Assembly: GCA_965248645.1 (NCBI GenBank)
Contig: OZ252113.1
Coordinates: 219,522-283,521 of the forward strand
Source: Acidobacteriota bacterium
Lineage (GTDB): Bacteria > Acidobacteriota > UBA6911 > RPQK01 > G965248645
Reading direction: 5' to 3'
Length of the DNA: 64,000 nt
A program made the translations under genes and the position numbers. Shown here piece by piece: positions 49,562 through 59,579 of the stretch. Below the pieces are notes generated by a model. That model was not told the origin of the DNA and did not search any database. It was given only the letters and a program-made list of their open reading frames with translations. The first letter of the stretch is position 1; each line of letters begins with the position of its first letter.

Positions 49562-50335
49562 GTGAAGAAAGATGAAATCGCAATTTTCTTCAGTAGCAAT
49601 CTCGCCTATCTAGAGCTTATGCAAGATGTATCGGATAACATAATCAATCTGGTGGGTTTCGGCGAGGATACACGTTACTGGATAAGTATGTCCGTTCGAG
49701 AGTCGGTCACGAATGCGATACAACATGGAAGCAACGGAGACCAGAGCAAGCGGGTGACTGTGCGTTTTCAGATTGCTTCTGATCGGTTAGTGATCTGCGT
49801 TCAGGATCAGGGGGAGGGCTTTGATGTATCGAAGCTGCCGGACCCTTTGGATCCTAAGAATTTACTCAAATCGAGTGGCCGGGGAATTTTCTACATTCGT
49901 TCATTCATGGAAGATGTACGCTTCAGACTCCTGCCCGAGGGTGGGCTGGAAGTGAAGATGGAGAAACGATTTAGTCAAGAACGAAAGGAGACGACCATGA
50001 GGATTGAGATGCGAACGATCAGTGGGGTGACCATCCTCGACATCCACGGCAAGATCACTCTCGGCGAAGGCACTGTAGAGGTCCGAGACCAGGTACTCAA
50101 GTTGTTGAAAGCAGGCAACAAGAAAATCGTTTTCAACCTTGGAAATGTCAGCTATGTAGACAGCACCGGCATCGGGGAATTGGTTAGCTCTTTCACCACT
50201 GTAACCAATCGAGGGGGAGAGTTGAAGCTACTCAATCTGACAAAGAAACTGCAGGAGCTCTTGGCCATCACTAAGCTTTCCACGGTTTTCGACTGCTACG
50301 ACGATGAGCAAGAGGCGGTGGCCAGTTTTACCTAA
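49562..50335 (+). CDS. Fusion of an RsbW/SpoIIAB-like anti-sigma-factor serine kinase (HATPase_c) with a STAS anti-sigma-factor antagonist domain
   Basis: The N-terminal ~145 aa carry E..TNAIQHG (N-box) and DQGEGFD...SGRGIFYIRSFMD (G-boxes). The C-terminal ~110 aa read MRTISGVTILDIHGKITLGEG..EVRDQVLKLL.AGNKKIVFNLGNVSYVDSTGIGELVSSF, a SpoIIAA-like STAS domain whose conserved phospho-Ser lies in the DSTG context. There is no stop between the two modules. Confidence 0.65.
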   Translation: MKKDEIAIFFSSNLAYLELMQDVSDNIINLVGFGEDTRYWISMSVRESVTNAIQHGSNGDQSKRVTVRFQIASDRLVICVQDQGEGFDVSKLPDPLDPKNLLKSSGRGIFYIRSFMEDVRFRLLPEGGLEVKMEKRFSQERKETTMRIEMRTISGVTILDIHGKITLGEGTVEVRDQVLKLLKAGNKKIVFNLGNVSYVDSTGIGELVSSFTTVTNRGGELKLLNLTKKLQELLAITKLSTVFDCYDDEQEAVASFT

Positions 50336-50538
50336 AGAGCCACTTGAGGGTCGAGTGACAGCGGGAGGCTTTCTCAGAATGGCTGGTAACCTCTGCTTTT
50401 CTTCTTCCATGTAGACTAAAAGTTGCTCCGGAATGTGCTTACTAGGCAGGAACAAACTAGCATCTGGGATTTTAGTGGTGGGGTAGAAGGTTAGATTTTT
50501 CTTTTGAGTTAGGGTATTTCTTCTAAAAAGGTGCTTAG

Positions 50539-51717
50539 GTGGCGAAAGACATCCTTTACGTGATCGATGGCAAGCAGAAAATCCCGTTTCTGCGCGGTAT
50601 GATGACCCATTCTCTGATCGGTCGTGGTCTGAGCTTTGATGAAGCCTACCAGACGGCGACCTCAATTCGAGATCAGGTTGGACCAAAAGGGGAGATTCGT
50701 AAGGAGGAGTTGAGTCAACTCATTGATTCCGTCTTGCCGGAGGATTCTCGGCAAGGGGGAGCGAAGAAAGATTCTCCGATCGGGGTCAGCCGGACCATTC
50801 TTGTCAAAGATGAGGACTCAGTCACCCCTTTTAGCAAGGGAGTCCTTTCTCAGTCCCTGCAAGCCTCTGGTCTCGAGCCTTCTGTCTCCTACGACATCGC
50901 GCGAGAAACAGAAGCATACTTATTAGAAAAGGATCCAACAGAGGTAACCCGGGATGAACTTCGCCGATTGATTTATGAAACGATCATGCAGAACCACGAC
51001 CGCAAGTTCGCCGAGAGATATCTTCTCTGGAGATGTTTCAAATCCCCGGACAAACCCCTGATTATTTTGTTTGGTGGTGCCACTGGAACCGGAAAAAGCT
51101 CGATCGCCGCAGAGGTTGCCTACCGACTGGGGATTCAGAAGATTGTTTCTACGGATACGATTCGACAGATCATGCGGATGATGTTTTCGAAAGATCTTAT
51201 GCCAGCTATTCACTATTCTTCATATGAAGCCTGGAAAGATATCTCTTGGTTGGAGGGAGATCCGTCGGGGGCTGTCGTGGAGGCTTTCAGACAACAGGCG
51301 CTCCTGGTTTTGGTAGGAGTCAAGGCCATGACAGAGAGAGCTATCCAAGAGAACTCCAGTGTGGTGGTCGACGGAGTCCATCTGGTTCCTGGTTTAATAG
51401 ATCTTGAAGAGTTTGAGGATAAGGCCTACATTGTTCCTCTGGTCATTTCCACCCTCAACCAGGAGAACTATCTCAAGCGCTTTCCAAGCCGCCAACGCCA
51501 GGCCTCCAATCGATTAGCCCACCGCTATCGGGAAAATTTCAAGTATATCCTAGAGATCCAGGATTACATTCTTGAGATGGCTGATCATCACGCGACACCG
51601 ATTAGTGAGAACGATAATCTGGATGACACAGTGGCTCCAATTCTCACCGTAATCTCCCATTCCCTTCAACAAAAGCTGAAGATCCGAAGTGAAGACCTCG
51701 TCACCAGGGCCTTGTAA
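50539..51717 (+). CDS. 2-phosphoglycerate-kinase-like P-loop kinase with N-terminal ATP-cone domain
   Basis: 392 aa. ATP-cone-like YVIDGKQKIPFLRGMMTHSLIGRGLSFDEAYQTATSIRDQV, then Walker A ILFGGATGTGKSSIAAEVAYRLGIQKIVSTDTIRQ, as in archaeal 2PGK homologs. Confidence 0.55.
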   Translation: MAKDILYVIDGKQKIPFLRGMMTHSLIGRGLSFDEAYQTATSIRDQVGPKGEIRKEELSQLIDSVLPEDSRQGGAKKDSPIGVSRTILVKDEDSVTPFSKGVLSQSLQASGLEPSVSYDIARETEAYLLEKDPTEVTRDELRRLIYETIMQNHDRKFAERYLLWRCFKSPDKPLIILFGGATGTGKSSIAAEVAYRLGIQKIVSTDTIRQIMRMMFSKDLMPAIHYSSYEAWKDISWLEGDPSGAVVEAFRQQALLVLVGVKAMTERAIQENSSVVVDGVHLVPGLIDLEEFEDKAYIVPLVISTLNQENYLKRFPSRQRQASNRLAHRYRENFKYILEIQDYILEMADHHATPISENDNLDDTVAPILTVISHSLQQKLKIRSEDLVTRAL

Positions 51718-52938
51718 GGGCCTTATCCTGATCCAGGATGGGATTGGTGATCGACCCATTAAGGCCTTCGAGTATAGTACTCCTTTGGAAGCCGTAGCCA
51801 CCCCATCAATGGATGCTTTAATCTGTGGGGGAATTGCCGGTCAAATGGACATTTGTGAGCCAGGAATGAGGGTAGGCACAGACGTTGGACATCGTCCACT
51901 TTTTGACCAAAAAGTGGACGATCGGGTTCATATGAGGGGACCGATGGAAGCTGTAGGAGAGGGAATTTCACTTCGCCCCGGGGATATGGCACTGCGCTGT
52001 AACTTTGCTACCGTGGATGGAAACTTCAGAGTCGTTGACAGACGTACCGGTCGAATCCGCGGCGAAGCTCTTGAGTTGGCGAACAGCCTCATCAGGTCTA
52101 TCCGGATCATGGGGTGGTGAAGGTTCTATTTCGTGCAGCCACTGAACATTAGGCTGTTCTGGTGCTGCAAGGTTTATCGGGCCAGATCTCGGACTCCGAT
52201 CCGGGAACCCACAACCGCGGGTTGCCCGTCAGGAAGGTTCGTCCGTTTACTAAGAATGTGGGTGCCAGGCGAGCGGCAAATTTAGTCAATGAATTTGTAG
52301 GAAAGTCGTATTCCATTCTCAAGAATCATCCTTTGAATCTCCAGCGTCAGCGTGAGGGGAAACTGCCAGCTAACATCACTATTACTCGAGGTGCAGGAAC
52401 TCAAGGCCAGTATCGAGATCTTCCCGCAGAACTAGGGCTCCGAGTTGCTTGCATCAGTGGTGACTGTACCGTGCTCGGGATTGCCCGACTCTCAGGTGTT
52501 GAGGCTATTTCGACTAGCGAGATGACAGGTAATCTGGACACCAATCTCGCCGAGAAACTCGAAAAGGTCATCGAAGCTCTTCACGACTCTGACCTGGTAT
52601 GTCTCCATCTGAAAGGTTGTGGCGTAGCAGGGCACTATCGTTAACCTGAGCTCAAGCGGTGGTTCATTGAGCAGACTGACGCCCTGTTGGGGAGCATCGT
52701 GAAAGAGGTGGATCACTGGAAATATCTCTATTTTTCTCTCACTGGTGACCACTTCACGCCTTGCTCCCTGGCTGGGCATAGTTCCGATCCCCTACCGGTT
52801 TTTCTGACGGGGGCGGGTGTGCCAGTGGATGGAGTGGTTACCTATGGCTAGCGCTTCTGTTCCAAGGGAGAGTTGGGCCGTATTCGCTGCCAGGATTTTT
52901 TTGCCATGCTCTTCAGCTGTCTACGTGGATGGGACTAA
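51689..52938 (+). pseudogene. apgM: Cofactor-independent phosphoglycerate mutase, archaeal type (ApgM), disrupted by one frameshift and three in-frame stops
   Basis: GLILIQDGIGDRPIK...TPLEAVATPSMDAL...RPGDMALRCNFATVD...VDRRTGRI is in frame 2 and shifts at the GGGG run (~52112) to frame 1: GVVKVLFRAATEH, TAG (52150), AVLVLQGLSGQISDSDPGTH..PVRKVRP...EFVGKSYSILKNHPLN...ANITITRGAG...LHLKGCGVAGHYR, TAA (52642), PELKRW...TGDHFTPCSLAGHSSDPLPVFLTG, TAG (52849), RFCSKGELGRI. Every segment is collinear with the ApgM consensus. The predicted stop falls at 52936-52938. Confidence 0.65.
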
Positions 52939-52939
52939 G

Positions 52940-54271
52940 CTAGTGTAGGAAGCCGATATTCTTGGAGAGGTCGTTGAAGATCACAATACCCATTAGGAGA
53001 AGAAGAAAAATGAACCCGCCTTGAGAGATCCGTTCTTTAACCTGCATGCTCAGGTCGTGTCGGATTATTCCCTCTAGCGCCAGCAAAGCAATCACACCGC
53101 CATCCAAAATTGGGACGGGCAGCAGATTGAAAATTCCTAACTGTAGAGACACCAAGGCCATAAAACCCAACAGCTGGATCAAGCCTCCAGCTGCCGCGGC
53201 TCCCGAAAAGCGGGCGATTTCGATCGGACCGGACATCGTTTTCAGGGAAGCACGCCCGGTAAAAATACGGGCTACAATATCTAAGGTCAAAGCGGTTAGC
53301 CGATAATTTCGCTCAAACGCTTTTGGTATGGCTTCAAAGAGCCTGTACTGTTCTTTGAGCATCGGCATCCCTTCCAGGACGACGCCAATACGCACCTGGT
53401 CTTCAATCTCAACGGGTGTGATCTGGTGCTCGAAGATCTGACCATCTCTTTTGATTTGAAACACTAGATTCTGATCCGGATGGGAAGCGATGAGTTCTAG
53501 GATTTGGTACAGACCGAGGGCACTTCGATCCCGGATCTGTACCTGAAGGATTTCGTCTCCCGGTTGGAGGCCCGCCGTGGTGGCAGGGGAGGCTGGTTCA
53601 ACGCTTTGGATCAAACAGGGGATGAAAGGCAAGACTCCGATCGTTCCCAGCTGGGCCCGGCCGGCTACCGACGTCGCAACTTGTCTATAGAATACTTGAC
53701 CGTTTCGCTCTACACTGAGCGTCAAGGTCCGCTCTGGGCTGGTGGCTACGGTGATCTCAACGTCCTGCCAAGTCGGACTTGGATCACCATCGATAGCGAG
53801 GATTTTGTCATTGAATTGTAGATCCGCGTCCGCGGCTGGGGATTTCACAGCGACCTTACCGATGATCGCCGGATCTCTTAGATAGGCTGGCACCTGAATT
53901 CCGTGTATGAAATTCACAACGCTCAAGCCAATCGCCAAACCAATGTTCATTGCCGGGCCAGCAAGGGCGACCAGGAAGCGCTGTAATTTCGGCCGTGAAA
54001 GAAACTCATCAGGTGTTCCGCTTAGCTTTTCGTCGTAATTCTCCCCCCTCATTTTGACGTAGCCCCCCAAGGGTAAAAGGCTAATGCGGTAATCGGTTTC
54101 CCCTCTCTGGAAACCGAACAGCCGGGGCCCAAAACCGAGCGAAAAGACTTCGACGCGAATACCCACGAACTGGGCCATTAGATAATGGCCCAGTTCGTGG
54201 ACGAAGATCATGACTCCCAGTACAAAGAGGAAAGCAGCGACGCTTAAGCCAATCGAATGGAGTATTTCCAA
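52940..54271 (-). CDS. rseP: RIP metalloprotease RseP (site-2 protease, PDZ domains)
   Basis: 443 aa. HELGHYLMAQFVGIRVEVFSLGFGP (HExxH in TM1) and the C-terminal LDG zinc ligand in NLLPVPILDGG. Confidence 0.9.
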   Translation of the reverse strand: MEILHSIGLSVAAFLFVLGVMIFVHELGHYLMAQFVGIRVEVFSLGFGPRLFGFQRGETDYRISLLPLGGYVKMRGENYDEKLSGTPDEFLSRPKLQRFLVALAGPAMNIGLAIGLSVVNFIHGIQVPAYLRDPAIIGKVAVKSPAADADLQFNDKILAIDGDPSPTWQDVEITVATSPERTLTLSVERNGQVFYRQVATSVAGRAQLGTIGVLPFIPCLIQSVEPASPATTAGLQPGDEILQVQIRDRSALGLYQILELIASHPDQNLVFQIKRDGQIFEHQITPVEIEDQVRIGVVLEGMPMLKEQYRLFEAIPKAFERNYRLTALTLDIVARIFTGRASLKTMSGPIEIARFSGAAAAGGLIQLLGFMALVSLQLGIFNLLPVPILDGGVIALLALEGIIRHDLSMQVKERISQGGFIFLLLLMGIVIFNDLSKNIGFLH

Positions 54272-54325
54272 TTGAGATCTTCCCTTCGTATGATCTGGCC
54301 TATTTTACCAAAGTCCAGCTGGCGA

Positions 54326-55480
54326 TCATCCAACCAGAGCCTCTATGGCTCCACGAGCCGCTTCACGCGAGTCGTGGTCCACGGCTAGAACGTCTCCGAT
54401 ATCCTGGACGGAAGAGGGGGAATGTTTGTTCAGGACTTCCTCGATGATCTCCGGGATGGCCGGGAAAGGGATCTTTCCTTGCAGAAAATCCTGCACCGCA
54501 ACCTCATTGGCAGCATTGAGTACAGCCGGGTAGGTTTGTCCTTTTCTGAGCGACTCGCGGGCCAATCGAAGGCAAGGAAATCTGTCGGAGTCGGGGGGAT
54601 AGAATTCCAGCGCAGGTAGTGAGAAGAAGTCTAGCGAAGGCAGATGAGATTCCCAGCGCTCAGGGTGGGCCAGAGCGTAGAGGATAACTGAGCGCATATC
54701 GATGATGCTCAGTTGGGCCAGTACTGTGCCGTCGATAAATTCCACCATTGAGTGGATACTCGATTGGGGGTGCACTACGATGGAGATCTGATCGGGGTCA
54801 ATATCGAAAAGGTAGTGTGCCTCGATCAGTTCCAGGCCCTTATTCATGAGGGTAGCCGAGTCGATCGTAATTTTTGGGCCCATCTTCCAGGTGGGGTGAT
54901 TCAAGGCCTCTTCCGCTCGAACACTATCCAGATGTTGTTTCGATTTTCGAAAAAATGGTCCGCCAGAAGCAGTTAACAACAGCCGACGAACCTCACTGCT
55001 CTGTGAGCCGCGCAGGCATTGATGGAGGGCGGCATGTTCGCTGTCGAGGGGAAGAAGTTTGACCTGGTTGTGTTTTGCCAACGACATGATCAAGGGGCCT
55101 GCCATCACAAGAACCTCTTTGTTGGCAAGGGCCACATGTTTACGGGCCACAATGGCCTGATAGGTGGGAATGAGCCCAGCTGCTCCGGTAATGGCTGCAA
55201 TGACCAGGTCGGCGTCGGGATGTTGTGCTACCTCGATGAGCCCTTTCAGGCCGGCCTGAACCTGGATCATGGGGATCCTTCCCTGAAGTATCTGGGCTGC
55301 CTGGGAGTCGTGTAGAGCAACCAGGCGAGGCCGGTATTTGAGGCACTGTTCATAAAGAACCGAGGCGCGACTGCGAGCGGCCAGAGCCACAACCTCAAAG
55401 CAATCTGGATATAGGTCAACAACGCTCAGTACACTTCGCCCGATTGACCCGGTCGATCCCAGGATGGATAATTTTTTCAT
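54326..55480 (-). CDS. dxr: 1-deoxy-D-xylulose 5-phosphate reductoisomerase
   Basis: 384 aa. KKLSILGSTGSIGRSVLSVV, VALANKE, and HPQSSIHSMVEF..G motifs. Confidence 0.9.
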   Translation of the reverse strand: MKKLSILGSTGSIGRSVLSVVDLYPDCFEVVALAARSRASVLYEQCLKYRPRLVALHDSQAAQILQGRIPMIQVQAGLKGLIEVAQHPDADLVIAAITGAAGLIPTYQAIVARKHVALANKEVLVMAGPLIMSLAKHNQVKLLPLDSEHAALHQCLRGSQSSEVRRLLLTASGGPFFRKSKQHLDSVRAEEALNHPTWKMGPKITIDSATLMNKGLELIEAHYLFDIDPDQISIVVHPQSSIHSMVEFIDGTVLAQLSIIDMRSVILYALAHPERWESHLPSLDFFSLPALEFYPPDSDRFPCLRLARESLRKGQTYPAVLNAANEVAVQDFLQGKIPFPAIPEIIEEVLNKHSPSSVQDIGDVLAVDHDSREAARGAIEALVG

Positions 55481-55492
55481 CGCAAGTGGGGG

Positions 55493-56272
55493 TCATTCTA
55501 ACAGAGCCGAAAGCAAATAATAGACTGGAAGGGCGAAAAGAAAACTATCGATTCGATCCAGCAGGCCGCCGTGGCCTGGAATTAGGTTGGAACTGTCTTT
55601 TAATCCTGCTCCCCGTTTTAGGATCGATTCGAAAAGGTCCCCTAAAAGCCCGCTCCATCCCAGTGCCAGACCAATCAAAAGTAGGTGACTTACCGGCCAA
55701 TGGGGAAAAAACTGCAAGCCAAAGATGATACAACCCATTGTTGAGGAGATGATCTGTGCTAGGTATCCTTCGAGAGATTTTTGTGGACTGATTCGAGGAG
55801 TGACCTTGTGAGTTCCCCACTTTCTACCCACCAAAAACGCGGTGCTGTCACTCACCCAAATAACGCACAGGACCATAAGTAGCTCCAGGCGGCCGGGTTG
55901 ATAGTGGGCCGTTAGAGCCAAGGGGATTCCCAGGTAAAAGAAGGCCAAAAGATTTCCCGCTGCTGAGGGGAGTCCGGCTTTCAAGTCAGGGGTGCGGATC
56001 ACAGTCCACACGAAGAGCAAAAGGGCTGCCAGGCAAAGATAGGCCGACCGAAGGGTAGGGCTGTAGATCCACACCCAGGGCAGCAGTGCCAACAGAGGAA
56101 AGGTGATACCGTAACCCACGATGCCATAGCAGGAAAACAGACTAAATAGTTCCCGCAAAGAGAGGACTGAAATTCCATCTATCAGGCAGATAAAAGCCAG
56201 CAGAGGTAGGTAGACAATACCGGCCCATACCAGGGGGATAAGGACCACTGCAGCAGCCAGGCGTCTCTTCAT
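55493..56272 (-). CDS. cdsA: Phosphatidate cytidylyltransferase
   Basis: Start placed at MKRRLAAAVVLIPL, the ATG of which overlaps the uppS stop (ATGA). The C-terminal signature is SD..AF..G...G.HK..P.ISP.K..EG. The ORF-track extension to 56419 overlaps uppS and is rejected. Confidence 0.85.
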   Translation of the reverse strand: MKRRLAAAVVLIPLVWAGIVYLPLLAFICLIDGISVLSLRELFSLFSCYGIVGYGITFPLLALLPWVWIYSPTLRSAYLCLAALLLFVWTVIRTPDLKAGLPSAAGNLLAFFYLGIPLALTAHYQPGRLELLMVLCVIWVSDSTAFLVGRKWGTHKVTPRISPQKSLEGYLAQIISSTMGCIIFGLQFFPHWPVSHLLLIGLALGWSGLLGDLFESILKRGAGLKDSSNLIPGHGGLLDRIDSFLFALPVYYLLSALLE

Positions 56273-57060
56273 GAAGTTTTCTGTAAAGGAGTCGACTGGA
56301 TTCCGCCGTAACGTCGTTCCCTTTTCTGGAACTCCACTAAAGCTTGCAAGAAATGGAGGCCACGAAAATCTGGCCAAAGCACATCGGTTATATAAATCTC
56401 CGAGTAGGCGATTTGCCAAAGCATAAAGTTACTGATGCGCATTTCTCCACTGGTACGAATCAGGAGATCCGGGTCAGGTAGTTGACATGTATATAGTTGC
56501 TTGGAGATATCCTCCTCCTCAATTGGATAGCGAGAGCCCTGTTTGAGGAGCTTGTTGACCGCATCGACCAGTTCCAGGCGGCTACCGTAATTTAAAGCTA
56601 CAACGAGCTTCATGCCCCGGTTGTGGCGAGTCTCTTCATGGACGTGGCTAAGTTCCTTTCGAACCTCGAGGGGTAGCTCGCCGATGCGCCCGATGGACTG
56701 GAAGCAGATATCGTTCTTCTGAATGGTTGGCAGTTCTCTCTTCAGATATTCTTGAAGTAATTTCATGAGCATGTTGATCTCGCCCACGGGTCGCTTCCAA
56801 TTCTCAGCTGAAAAAGCGTAAAGAGTCAGGACCGGAACCGTCAAACGAGCACAAGTTTCTACGGTGGCCTTGACAGCTGTGATACCTGCGCGATGGCCCG
56901 CCACACGGGGTAGCTTGCGTCTCTTAGCCCAGCGTCCGTTGCCATCCATGATCACTGCAACATGGGCAGGCAGGCGCTGCGAATCGAGACGCGCAATTAA
57001 GCCTATCTCCACGCTGTCGGGATTGAATATTCCTTCGAAGTTCTTGGACAATGTGTTCAT
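56269..57060 (-). CDS. uppS: Undecaprenyl (isoprenyl) diphosphate synthase
   Basis: 263 aa. PAHVAVIMDGNGRWAKRRKLPRVAGHRAG and LTLYAFSAENWKRP. Confidence 0.9.
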   Translation of the reverse strand: MNTLSKNFEGIFNPDSVEIGLIARLDSQRLPAHVAVIMDGNGRWAKRRKLPRVAGHRAGITAVKATVETCARLTVPVLTLYAFSAENWKRPVGEINMLMKLLQEYLKRELPTIQKNDICFQSIGRIGELPLEVRKELSHVHEETRHNRGMKLVVALNYGSRLELVDAVNKLLKQGSRYPIEEEDISKQLYTCQLPDPDLLIRTSGEMRISNFMLWQIAYSEIYITDVLWPDFRGLHFLQALVEFQKRERRYGGIQSTPLQKTS

Positions 57061-57127
57061 TCGTCGTGTCGGTAATCTACCATAACTCTCCAGGGTCGAA
57101 AAACTGACTTTCCGGTAGGATCGCCTT

Positions 57128-57865
57128 TCATGGATACCAAATCTTTGTCAGATAAAGTCCGTGTGCCGGAGCCGTCGGTCCAGCCTTACGGCGATCCCTG
57201 GAGTTTAAGATGTTGACCATGTCCTGCACTGACAATTGACCATTTCCCACCTGAAGGAAAGTTCCAGCCAAGTTACGAACCATGTGATGAAGAAAGCCGT
57301 TGGCCTCTACCTGGTAGACAATATCGCACCCTTTGCGACGAAATTTGGAAAGGAAGACGGTCCGAGTGTGATCCCTGACTTGGGTAGAAGAAGCGGCGAA
57401 AGAGCGGAAGTTATGAGAGCCGATCAAGAGAGGTGCCGCTCGTTGCATGCGGTCAAAATCGAGACGTCTGGTGACGTGATGGACATAGCCGGCGAGAAAA
57501 GGAGACAAGACCTGCCCATTATATATGCGGTAACGGTAACGCTTTTTCAGGGCCCACTTTCGAGCATGAAAATCCGAGGGAGCCAAGCTAAGCCGGAGTA
57601 CTCGGATGTCCCAAGGGAGGACACCGTTCAATGATTTACGCAAAGCAAGGACTCCCACTCTCTGGTCAAGATCGAAGTGGGCCACCTGTCCTAGGGCATG
57701 AACACCGGTGTCGGTTCTACTGGCCCCGATGACTGAGCTTGTTGTCCTCGTGACCTGAGCCAGGGCCTTCTGCAGGATGCCCTGAATCGTGATTCGATCC
57801 TTCTGAACCTGCCAACCGGAATAACGGGTGCCAACGTACTGGATCAGTGCTCGATATTTGCACAT
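57128..57865 (-). CDS. truA: tRNA pseudouridine(38-40) synthase
   Basis: 245 aa. YVGTRYSGWQVQ and the catalytic GASRTDTGVHALGQVAHFD. Confidence 0.9.
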   Translation of the reverse strand: MCKYRALIQYVGTRYSGWQVQKDRITIQGILQKALAQVTRTTSSVIGASRTDTGVHALGQVAHFDLDQRVGVLALRKSLNGVLPWDIRVLRLSLAPSDFHARKWALKKRYRYRIYNGQVLSPFLAGYVHHVTRRLDFDRMQRAAPLLIGSHNFRSFAASSTQVRDHTRTVFLSKFRRKGCDIVYQVEANGFLHHMVRNLAGTFLQVGNGQLSVQDMVNILNSRDRRKAGPTAPAHGLYLTKIWYP

Positions 57866-58060
57866 GAGTTGATATGACGAGTAGGGATCTTTTCTGGATA
57901 TTGATTATTGAACAGAGAGGGGGGGGATGGGAAGTACTTCATGTCGGCTCCCATTTCAACGGTTGTAGGGTGGAAGCGGTGGGGGTGATCCGATAGCCAT
58001 CCCGCTGATCTAATGATACAATTCTCCCCCCTGATTGGGTCGAAGCAGGTTGGTGAGTTT

Positions 58061-58813
58061 ATGTCCGGACATTCTAAATGGCATTCGATTCGGCACAAAA
58101 AGGCGGGTGTCGACGCTAAACGGGGTAAAATGTTTACCAGACTGATCAAAGAGATCAGCGTGGCTGCGCGCCTGGGGGGTGGGGACATCGATGCCAATCC
58201 AAGGCTGAGGACAGCCATCCAGGCTGCCAAAGCAGCCAATATGCCGCAGAACAATATCAAGCGGGCGATAATGAAGGGAACTGGAGATTTGCCGGGGCTA
58301 AGTTATGAAGCGTTCACCTACGAAGGATATGGTCCGGCTGGGGTAGCCATTCTTGTGGACGTGTTTACCGACAATAGGAACCGTACCGTTGCTGAACTTC
58401 GATATATCTTTTCCAAGAACGGTGGCAACCTGGGTGAAAGTGGAAGTGTCCAGTGGATGTTTGATCGAAAGGGCTATATCGCTGTCGAGACAGCGGCTGT
58501 TTCGGAGGAAGAATTGCTTGAGAGAGTGCTCGATGCCGGTGCGGAAGACCTGAGAGTTGAGGGCAACACTTTCGCTATTTATACTCCCATGGATGGGTTT
58601 GAAGCGGTCAAGCAGTCCCTGCAAAGAAAGGGTATTCCTATGGATTCGAACGAATTAACAATGATTCCTCACAATGAGATTCAGTTGAGAGGAAAGAAAG
58701 CTGAACAAATGCTTAAGCTGATGGACGCTCTTGACGACCACGATGATGTCCAACAGGTTTACGCTAACTTTGATATTAGCGAGGCCGAAATGGAGGCTCT
58801 CGCCCTGAACTGA
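58061..58813 (+). CDS. yebC: YebC/PmpR-family probable transcriptional regulator
   Basis: Starts MSGHSKWHSIRHKKAGVDAKRGKMFTRLIKEI (universal YebC N-terminus). The ORF-track start at 58013 is upstream of this conserved Met. Confidence 0.9.
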   Translation: MSGHSKWHSIRHKKAGVDAKRGKMFTRLIKEISVAARLGGGDIDANPRLRTAIQAAKAANMPQNNIKRAIMKGTGDLPGLSYEAFTYEGYGPAGVAILVDVFTDNRNRTVAELRYIFSKNGGNLGESGSVQWMFDRKGYIAVETAAVSEEELLERVLDAGAEDLRVEGNTFAIYTPMDGFEAVKQSLQRKGIPMDSNELTMIPHNEIQLRGKKAEQMLKLMDALDDHDDVQQVYANFDISEAEMEALALN

Positions 58814-59044
58814 GACCCTTCTGTCGTCGACATTCTCACCCCGCCGACTCAGCTTTTTACCGCGTAACTCCGAAACAGGTTTCAAACTCAAGCTTTGAAA
58901 CACTCAAACTCTCGCTGTCTAGTGTACGATGATTCACGTTGAGCAGGAAAAAGCCGTGAGTTCTTTCAGAATTAGAATAGACTCAGGAACCTTGGTGATG
59001 AGGATCAATGGTTTCGTCAGCTTTCGCAGGTATCATCCTCAAGG

Positions 59045-59560
59045 ATGATTATTATCGGTGTCGATCCCGGAAGCCGAGTAACCGGCTACGGAGTTATTGA
59101 AGTGGAAGGAAATCATTTGCGCTGTGTTCGGTACGGAGCCATCGAAGTGTACAGAACCGGAGCAAAGAGTCTTGCCGAGCGTCTCAAGAGGATTCATGAA
59201 GAACTATGTGCTCTGTTGCAATGCCACTGCCCCAGTGTTCTGGCAGTGGAAGATTTATTCTACGCAGTCAACGCCAAAACCGCGCTAAAGCTGGGACACG
59301 TTCGGGGGATTATTCTCTTGGCGGCTGCTCAGGGCGGTATTTCCTTGGCTGAATACTCCCCGCTGGAAGTGAAGAAAGCCGTGGTTGGTTATGGTCGAGC
59401 CCAAAAGAGCCAGATACAGCAAATGGTCCGAGCACTCTTAAATTTGCAGCAAGAACCCCAACCTCACGATGCAGCGGACGCTCTTGCCATTGCCATCTGT
59501 CATGCCTTCAATGGATCACTAACCCGGCGTAGACGAAGACGTTGGAGTGGTCTCCCGTGA
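59045..59560 (+). CDS. ruvC: Crossover junction endodeoxyribonuclease RuvC
   Basis: 171 aa. IIIGVDPGSRVTGYGVIE and the C-terminal D.ADALA.A.CH. There is no ruvAB downstream. Confidence 0.9.
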   Translation: MIIIGVDPGSRVTGYGVIEVEGNHLRCVRYGAIEVYRTGAKSLAERLKRIHEELCALLQCHCPSVLAVEDLFYAVNAKTALKLGHVRGIILLAAAQGGISLAEYSPLEVKKAVVGYGRAQKSQIQQMVRALLNLQQEPQPHDAADALAIAICHAFNGSLTRRRRRRWSGLP

Positions 59561-59579
59561 CCTTCCCGGAATGGCTATA

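Noticed and set aside
55493-56419. Long cdsA ORF reaching 56419
   Set aside because: It would overlap uppS by 150 nt. The conserved CdsA N-terminus starts at the ATG that overlaps the uppS stop.
57844-58260. 138-aa minus-strand ORF
   Set aside because: Overlaps the conserved yebC N-terminus on the opposite strand. No homology.
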